Shown here piece after piece: positions 53,130 through 58,873 of a stretch of 58,873 nt of DNA. Under the pieces are notes generated by a model. That model saw only the letters and a list, made by a program, of their open reading frames with translations, made no database searches and had not been told where the DNA came from. The stretch spans positions 1 through 58,873 of the IMG/VR virus record IMGVR_UViG_3300043036_000281. The stretch is one strand, 5' to 3'. The position numbers and the translations under genes are program-made. Source of the stretch: a virus (Duplodnaviria > Caudoviricetes). Positions within the stretch are counted from its first letter, which is position 1, and the number at the start of each line of letters is the position of its first letter.

Positions 53130-53593
53130 GTAATTGTGATTGCAATCAAGGGCGATTGCCCTGCAGCTGCAAACAAAACGACACCCAATCCGAGCTGGCT
53201 GCGCTGCGGGAAGAGCTGGCCCGTATCAAGGGTATTTCAGATAACTATTACTCGCTGCTGGTTGACGCAAATCAAAGCCTTGCAGCCGCCGAGCAGCGGA
53301 ATGCGGAGCTGGAGAAGAATGCGGCCCGCTATATCTGGCTGCGCGACAAAAGCGAATCAGTGCACCAGTTCTATTTGAGCACGCCGATCTGGTTTACCGG
53401 CGTGAAATTCAACCAAGAGAGCGTCGACAGCACTATTGACGCAGCCATGGCCAAACCAACCGAATCGGACCTGTGCGCAGCCTGCGACGGAGCAGGATCG
53501 GTAAGCACTGGCATTGCCGAAGCGTCTTCAACGATCTGCAATAAGTGCGACGGCACAGGGACCAAACCCACCGAATCGGGAGCAAGCGAATGA
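53126..53593 (+). CDS. Modular early protein: coiled coil plus DnaJ-type Zn finger
   Basis: CDCNQGRLPC.C, ARY.WLR, CAACDGAG...CNKCDGTG. Confidence 0.7.
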   Translation: MSNCDCNQGRLPCSCKQNDTQSELAALREELARIKGISDNYYSLLVDANQSLAAAEQRNAELEKNAARYIWLRDKSESVHQFYLSTPIWFTGVKFNQESVDSTIDAAMAKPTESDLCAACDGAGSVSTGIAEASSTICNKCDGTGTKPTESGASE

Positions 53594-53850
53594 CTACCCA
53601 AAGCAAGCTGGAATCCTTTGTTGAGACATGTATCAACACAACTATCGGTTACGTGGTCGCTCTTCTGTCTCAGCTGCTGGTTTTCCCTATGGTTGGGATC
53701 GATGTTCCGTTCTCGACCAACCTTGAAATTGGCGCGTGGTTCACGGTTATCAGCGTAGCTCGCGGTTACATCATTCGTCGCTGGTTCAATGCTCGTCTGA
53801 AGAGTGTTGCCCGCAGCATTGCAGGGGAAGTAAGCCATGACCAAAGATAA
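53590..53850 (+). CDS. Small two-TM membrane protein
   Basis: QSK.ES..E...N..IG, SVARGY..RRWF; ATGA-coupled. Confidence 0.7.
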   Translation: MTTQSKLESFVETCINTTIGYVVALLSQLLVFPMVGIDVPFSTNLEIGAWFTVISVARGYIIRRWFNARLKSVARSIAGEVSHDQR

Positions 53851-54439
53851 AACCGTAACCATGTCTCGGGAGCTGGCGGAGGACCGCGTCCGATTTGAGA
53901 AGTGGCACAATGACTTCTACGGACCACAAGACAAGTTCAACCCTATCCGAAGCCTTGCGCATGACTCATTTAGCGTAGGACTTGGCTATGACGACCCGAC
54001 TGTTCAGGCACAGTTTTGCGCATTTCGCGGAGCCATCGCCGACCCAGTCGTCGATCGCCAAGACGGATCGGCACTTATGAGGATTGCCGCCGACCTTGCG
54101 AACCGTCGCCCACTAAGCCGGCTCCAACGAATCTGCGAAGGAACTGGCAAAATCAGTATCGAGAACCTTTCGGAAGATGTTGATAAATGCGGCGATTTGC
54201 TTGCAGGCATCGCGCTGGATATACGCCGAGCGATCACCTCGCCGCCCGCGCCGGTATCGGTGGTACTGCCTGACCTGAGTGTGATCCGCGAATATCACCT
54301 CGACGCTACAATCCGACTTGATCGATATGCAGCCGATGCTGACATGCGGAAAAGCGACAGCGAGCATTACCGCAAGCGCGCCGCCTTTCATCGTGATCAA
54401 GTAGCAACAATCGACAAGTTAAAGGAGCTGAATCAATGA
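53837..54439 (+). CDS. Modular hypothetical early protein
   Basis: 200 aa; GGGG RBS; PAPVSVVLP linker. Confidence 0.7.
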   Translation: MTKDKTVTMSRELAEDRVRFEKWHNDFYGPQDKFNPIRSLAHDSFSVGLGYDDPTVQAQFCAFRGAIADPVVDRQDGSALMRIAADLANRRPLSRLQRICEGTGKISIENLSEDVDKCGDLLAGIALDIRRAITSPPAPVSVVLPDLSVIREYHLDATIRLDRYAADADMRKSDSEHYRKRAAFHRDQVATIDKLKELNQ

Positions 54440-55662
54440 CCAACAAAACAGAAGCACGTCATGCAGCCGTGAAAGCGCTGCACGACATCATGCAGGCCGT
54501 CCCATCCAGTTCGCTGTATTCGCTGGCCGAGGCCGTGCTTGATGCCGGCTATGCGAAACACGGAAAAGATTCCGTCCTCATCGAAGGCATGTACTTCAGC
54601 CATGCTGAAATCCTCAGGTGGCGCGAAGATTCCTGTACACCGGGGATCACCATTGAAGCGGTAGGAGTAACGCGCGAAGGTGACGACGGGCTTTATATCG
54701 AGTGGACACTGGAAGGCGGCATTGCTGCGCTGGAAACGGCTGGCCTGGTCCTGTTCGCCTGCCCCGAAGCCAATGATATGTGCGATGAGGATGGCAGCTG
54801 CGAAGTGTACCTGGCACCGGTCGACCTGGACGCAACGGAGCAACGCGGCTTTATCCGCGGGATGAATGCCGAATCTGAGGACCGGGACGCCCGCGCGACC
54901 AGCACGATGGCCTGCGACGTGCCGCCACCAGGCTGGACCTGTTCACGCGCCAAAGGCCACGACGGTCCTTGCGCCGCCAGCCAGACCCCTAAGGGAAGTG
55001 GCTCGATCGAGTTTGACGCACTGCTGGCCGAGTACCATGAAGCCGTGTGGGAAGCGGCCGCTTACGAAGAAAGCAACAGAACCGACTACGACCTGGCCGG
55101 CGTCGATATCGCCAAGAAAATACAGGCGATGTTCCGTGCGCAAGTTGGCGAACAGGCAAGCCCGGCTCAAACCTTCGAGCCGGAGCAACTGCGTGCCGAG
55201 CTGGATTCCTACGTGGCTGGCCTGCAGGCTGAGCGTCGACGCTTACTGGCACTGCTCAAGAAGATCGACAAAACGCCGCTGGATCGTTGGTATCACGAGC
55301 ACCTGAACTCAGACATAACCGAAGCCGTTCGCTTCCTCGAGCGCTCCCCGCAACAGCTGACCTATTTCTCCAGCCAGTCCACCGGATGCGCCGGATGCGG
55401 AATTCACAAGCATACCCCGTTGCGTGTTGACCCAATGGGCGGATATGTCTGCCTGACCTGTATCGATAAGGAGCTCGATCGCCTGCTGATCGAAGAGTCT
55501 GCACGCGAAGCCGAAGGCGACTGGCCTGGCTGCCAGGAGATCTCCGACTTGCCGCGCGTGCATGAAGTGATGTCGAATTTCAGCACTGACCCAACCGAGG
55601 ACAATGGCATTGCCGTCGTGCAGGCGATCGTCCAGGCCACCACCAGGAAAACCTCAGAATGA
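54436..55662 (+). CDS. Modular hypothetical early protein
   Basis: 408 aa; C-x7-C-x4-H-x3-C and CxxC...CxxC modules. Confidence 0.7.
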   Translation: MTNKTEARHAAVKALHDIMQAVPSSSLYSLAEAVLDAGYAKHGKDSVLIEGMYFSHAEILRWREDSCTPGITIEAVGVTREGDDGLYIEWTLEGGIAALETAGLVLFACPEANDMCDEDGSCEVYLAPVDLDATEQRGFIRGMNAESEDRDARATSTMACDVPPPGWTCSRAKGHDGPCAASQTPKGSGSIEFDALLAEYHEAVWEAAAYEESNRTDYDLAGVDIAKKIQAMFRAQVGEQASPAQTFEPEQLRAELDSYVAGLQAERRRLLALLKKIDKTPLDRWYHEHLNSDITEAVRFLERSPQQLTYFSSQSTGCAGCGIHKHTPLRVDPMGGYVCLTCIDKELDRLLIEESAREAEGDWPGCQEISDLPRVHEVMSNFSTDPTEDNGIAVVQAIVQATTRKTSE

Positions 55663-56204
55663 TCGATTTAACCTACCTTCAGGCCGAGCTTGTGAGAGCT
55701 CATCAAGAAGGACAGAAAACCATTATGGTCGACCGTTCCGAGTTGCAGTCGATCGTCCACCGGCTACAGCGCTTCCAGGAGCATGACAACCAGGTGCCGA
55801 AGCGATTCGGCTACATCATCTCCGACGACCTGCGCAACATGCAGTCCGGCTCGCATATGTTCGCCAAGGTGAAGCGGCGCAATACCGGCCGTTTCGATTG
55901 CCCGATTTACTACCTGGAGTTGCCCAACGCTGAGCCGGACCCAGGTCCAGTGCCTGAGGACGTCTATTACAACGCGGCAGAAGACTACTTCTTCAGCGAC
56001 GTGAGCGGCCGGAACATGGGCGGTGCGTTCTGGCAAACTTGGCGACGACGCAAGGCGGATTTTCCACAGCGGCGATCGACACCCAGAGAGCGCCAGTTCC
56101 TGGAGGAACTCGAGGACTGCATGCCGGACCTGAGCGCGCCACCGCCTACGCACTTCAGCGGGATCGTTTCTATTGGAATAGATGGCACCCCAGATAAGAC
56201 GTGA
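55659..56204 (+). CDS. Hypothetical protein
   Basis: 181 aa; ATGA-coupled. Confidence 0.65.
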   Translation: MIDLTYLQAELVRAHQEGQKTIMVDRSELQSIVHRLQRFQEHDNQVPKRFGYIISDDLRNMQSGSHMFAKVKRRNTGRFDCPIYYLELPNAEPDPGPVPEDVYYNAAEDYFFSDVSGRNMGGAFWQTWRRRKADFPQRRSTPRERQFLEELEDCMPDLSAPPPTHFSGIVSIGIDGTPDKT

Positions 56205-56213
56205 CGCCAAGAT
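56198..56213 (+). promoter_or_regulatory. Late-promoter-like motif (variant)
   Basis: GACGTGAC-GC-CAAGAT upstream of 56241. Confidence 0.5.
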
Positions 56214-56240
56214 GGTCGGACCAACACGGAGCTGACCATC

Positions 56241-56705
56241 ATGTCTGAAACCATTGACCTTACCGCACGAATGGCAGCGTTCCTCAGCGAGGGGAACGCC
56301 GTCACCGTCCTGGATTACGCCGGCAATGCCGTCGGCGAGCACCGCGATATCGACTTGAACCAGGAACGCATCCTGGAGCTTGAGCCGGAGAAGAAGACCC
56401 GCGGCGCCACCCCGAAGAACAAGCATGTCATTTCTGCGCCGTCGCTCGGCTTGCCGCGTGAAGGATCCGTGCGGGCGAAACAGTTTGATCCGGTGGAACT
56501 TGATCAGGCTGAGCCTGAGCCGGTGCGCCCGACGGTGAAAAAGATTGTGCCGTTCCATGCTGTGGCCACGCCGCCACCAGCACCGCCAGAAGAACGCCCA
56601 GCGGCGCCGGTCGATGTGATGGCCGAGCTGCGCAAGATCCGCAAAGCCCTTGCCGACATCACCATCAGTGTCGAACGCTTCGAGCGAATCAGCCTCAGGG
56701 CCTGA
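56241..56705 (+). CDS. Protein with a SutA-like RNAP-binding N-terminal motif
   Basis: DLTARMAAFLSEGNAVTVL; disordered Pro-rich middle; C-terminal coiled coil. Confidence 0.5.
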   Translation: MSETIDLTARMAAFLSEGNAVTVLDYAGNAVGEHRDIDLNQERILELEPEKKTRGATPKNKHVISAPSLGLPREGSVRAKQFDPVELDQAEPEPVRPTVKKIVPFHAVATPPPAPPEERPAAPVDVMAELRKIRKALADITISVERFERISLRA

Positions 56706-56718
56706 TCAGGCGCCAATG

Positions 56719-56746
56719 AAAACCCCGCACTAGGCGGGGTTTTTTT
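56719..56746. terminator. Bidirectional intrinsic terminator
   Basis: AAAACCCCGC-ACTAG-GCGGGGTTTTTTT. Confidence 0.8.
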
Positions 56747-56912
56747 CGTCCTGAACTTCGGTCCCGGGAGCGGGCTTGCCACCGCCGGTACCTGCATCGA
56801 TCAGCGCCTGGATGTCAGGCGGTGTCTCAATCGTGCTTTCGCTACCCTCGGGCCGACCGTCATAACCTTCGTCATACAGGTCCGGCCGTTCCTTCACGCT
56901 GGGGATGCTCAT
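56730..56912 (-). CDS. Small acidic protein coupled to the Zeta-like gene
   Basis: 60 aa; ATGA overlap. Confidence 0.55.
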   Translation of the reverse strand: MSIPSVKERPDLYDEGYDGRPEGSESTIETPPDIQALIDAGTGGGKPAPGTEVQDEKNPA

Positions 56913-58567
56913 GCTGCTTTCCTCGATGTGTCGGCTTCAGCCGCTTTGCCCTTCTGCGAAATCAGGATAGGCGGGGAGCCCTTCGGTACGTTGTTGTCCC
57001 TGAAGGACCAATCGTCCACCAGGTGCTTGACCTGGTCAAACGCTTTCTCGTTGGTGGTATTGGAGAGCACGACGTCGACCGGCACGTAACGGCCTTTCTC
57101 GCCGCCGTTGAGGAACCGGCCAACAGCGCGCTTGGCCGCCTCCTGGCGTGGCAGGTGCATATAGTGGGCCTCGGTCTGGTAACCGGCTTCCTTGAACGCG
57201 TTGACGTCTGCAATCGCAGACCGCGCGGTTTTCATCGTCTTGTCCAGCACCACGTTCAACCCCAGGGCCCTGGCCAGCTCGGTGACCTTATCGAAGATCT
57301 CGCCAGACTCTTCATGCACCTGCGCCGCATTCCAGCCTTCGTATTCCGGGATCATGCTCTTGATGTGGTCGGCATCGAGGACGATCGCCTTTTTCGAGTC
57401 GTAGACCGTGCCGTCGAACGACGACTTACCGGAACCACCGCGACCGCCGAGGATGATGAACTTGGGTTTTTCCCCTTCGGCCGGCGTGGCGCGCTTGACC
57501 GCATCGGGCGACAGCATTTCACCGATGATCTTGTGGTGCAGCACGGTGCGTTGGGCGGTCCACTTGCCGTCCTTCTTCTGTGTATCGATGGTCTGCTCAA
57601 TCGATTTGAGCCGATCCTGAGCTGCTGCGATGCGGTCCTTGGTGTCTTCAGGGAAGTGGTCGAGGATCGAATCGGCGCTCACGTCCGGGTCATCGTGCTC
57701 GGCGGCATAGTCGTTGGCGCTGAATTTGTCCGGCTCGACTTCCGCCTGATCACCCTTCACTTCGTTTTTCACGTCAGATTTAGGCGCTTCATCTCCAGGC
57801 ATGGAATGGGTGACTTCGTGGTGGTGCACCTGGTGTTCACGTCCGGTCGAGTCCTTGACGGTCATGCCGTCTTTGCCGACCGCGGCCACCTCACCTTCAC
57901 CCGCATGCTCGCCGGCCTTGAATTTGACTTTGTGCCCTGGCTGGATGTCGTGGGTGCCGTAACCGACGGCACTGCCGCGCTTGTCGTGTGGATCAGGGTC
58001 CGCTGACTTGTGCGGAGCCTTCTGGTCAATGCCGGTTTTCTTCCAGCGCTTGATCGTGTGGCCGGTTTTATCGGTGGTGGACTGCAACGCGACGCCGGGT
58101 TGCCCCTTGATGGCCTTGGCCAACAGCTCCTCACGCGATCCCGCGCTGACCAGGATGATGGTTTTTGCCAACAACTCTTCCACCGGCGCCAGGCCGCGCA
58201 GATCACTGAGGATCGAACCAATCGCCTTGGTCATCTTGGTGGTCGCGTCGTCGTCCTGCTCGACATTGCCCTGCAGGAAGAAGCGCTTACCGTCCTCGGT
58301 TTCGCAAATCGAACCGTCCTCGCCCTGGTCGATGATCGAGGCTTTGCGCTCAACGCGCTGCTTGTGGCCGTGCAGTTCCGCCCAGCGCACTTTGTGGTGC
58401 TGACCTTTGTCGCATTTCACCGTGCAGCCGTGTGCACCCGAGGCCAGCACCTTGCCGGTCATTGGTCCGTGCTCGGCATGGTTGAAATAGACCGAGTCGC
58501 CTGGATGCGCGCGCGGCCCGTCAGTCGGCTCGATCGGTTTGGCTTTCGCTGGTGGTTTCTGATTCAC
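56909..58567 (-). CDS. Polyvalent protein with a C-terminal Zeta-toxin-like P-loop kinase
   Basis: ILGGRGGSGKSS, LDAD.IK, HEES, VVLD.T, A..RA..R...GRYVP; two SH3/KOW-like N-terminal repeats. Confidence 0.8.
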   Translation of the reverse strand: MNQKPPAKAKPIEPTDGPRAHPGDSVYFNHAEHGPMTGKVLASGAHGCTVKCDKGQHHKVRWAELHGHKQRVERKASIIDQGEDGSICETEDGKRFFLQGNVEQDDDATTKMTKAIGSILSDLRGLAPVEELLAKTIILVSAGSREELLAKAIKGQPGVALQSTTDKTGHTIKRWKKTGIDQKAPHKSADPDPHDKRGSAVGYGTHDIQPGHKVKFKAGEHAGEGEVAAVGKDGMTVKDSTGREHQVHHHEVTHSMPGDEAPKSDVKNEVKGDQAEVEPDKFSANDYAAEHDDPDVSADSILDHFPEDTKDRIAAAQDRLKSIEQTIDTQKKDGKWTAQRTVLHHKIIGEMLSPDAVKRATPAEGEKPKFIILGGRGGSGKSSFDGTVYDSKKAIVLDADHIKSMIPEYEGWNAAQVHEESGEIFDKVTELARALGLNVVLDKTMKTARSAIADVNAFKEAGYQTEAHYMHLPRQEAAKRAVGRFLNGGEKGRYVPVDVVLSNTTNEKAFDQVKHLVDDWSFRDNNVPKGSPPILISQKGKAAEADTSRKAA

Positions 58568-58873
58568 GCTTGCACCTCGAAGACGATCGCGCCAGTTTGG
58601 TTCGGGTCGAAGGCTTTGCCGAAATCGCCCTCCTGCGGTTTACCGAAATCAGGTTTCGCGCCTGGTTGAGCTTTTTCAGGGCCTTGATCTGCCTGGCCTT
58701 CAGGGTCGTCCTGATTTCCAGCCTGCTTATCGGCTTGCTCTTGCTCATCCGCTGGGACCTGGCCGAAGTCCTCTTCTTCACCACCTTCGGCGCCTGGTTG
58801 GGCTTCAGGTGCTGGCTGATTCAGTTGCAGCCATGGGCCGATCAGGGATGGGTTGACTGGCGCGTCGCCGAGT
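58564..58873 (-). CDS. C-terminus of the probable portal protein (partial)
   Basis: Open frame from the window end: LGDAPVNPSLIGPW, then an acidic Q/E/D/P tail ending DFGKAF...EVQA; GTGA overlap with the next gene. Confidence 0.55.
   Translation of the reverse strand, partial: LGDAPVNPSLIGPWLQLNQPAPEAQPGAEGGEEEDFGQVPADEQEQADKQAGNQDDPEGQADQGPEKAQPGAKPDFGKPQEGDFGKAFDPNQTGAIVFEVQA

Noticed and set aside
58521-58784. 87-aa basic ORF from the track
   Set aside because: It is an alternative frame of the acidic portal-like tail, which is open to the window end and coupled to the next gene.

Overview
This window is about 59 kb of a large contractile-tailed (myovirus-type) phage or phage-plasmid. 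GC is roughly 60% by eye, and several gene families suggest a Pseudomonas-like host (inference). No integrase, att site, CRISPR array or host chromosomal genes are visible. From left to right it holds: the start of an SF2 helicase and an HTH regulator; a rightward recombination operon (Cas4/AddB-like nuclease, putative annealing protein, Rad50-like ATPase, SSB-like and HU-like proteins); a leftward late region (lysis, three paralogous fibre tips, baseplate, tape measure, tube, sheath, neck, capsid, scaffold, protease), interrupted by a small rightward operon; an NDT-like/PAPS-reductase/DNA-methylase trio; two giant SNF2-type helicase proteins, one of them DarB-like with a methylase; a second fibre module; HU; an about 850-nt structured non-coding island containing a variant initiator tRNA; a pyrophosphatase-ART-like fusion; MuF; a rightward early operon led by an HD hydrolase; a Zeta-like kinase; and the probable portal C-terminus. 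The most striking signals are: (1) a recurring late-promoter-like motif, RTCGTGAC-NN-(C)ANNAT, in 13 copies, five of which put the predicted +1 on a start codon (leaderless mRNAs); (2) the tRNA/tRNA-like RNA island; (3) a set of probable head-packaged enzymes sharing protease-site-like K(A/S) motifs and beta-clamp-like motifs; (4) an SD-assisted +1 frameshift in the tail chaperone gene. All calls come from reading motifs by eye; no searches or folding programs were run.
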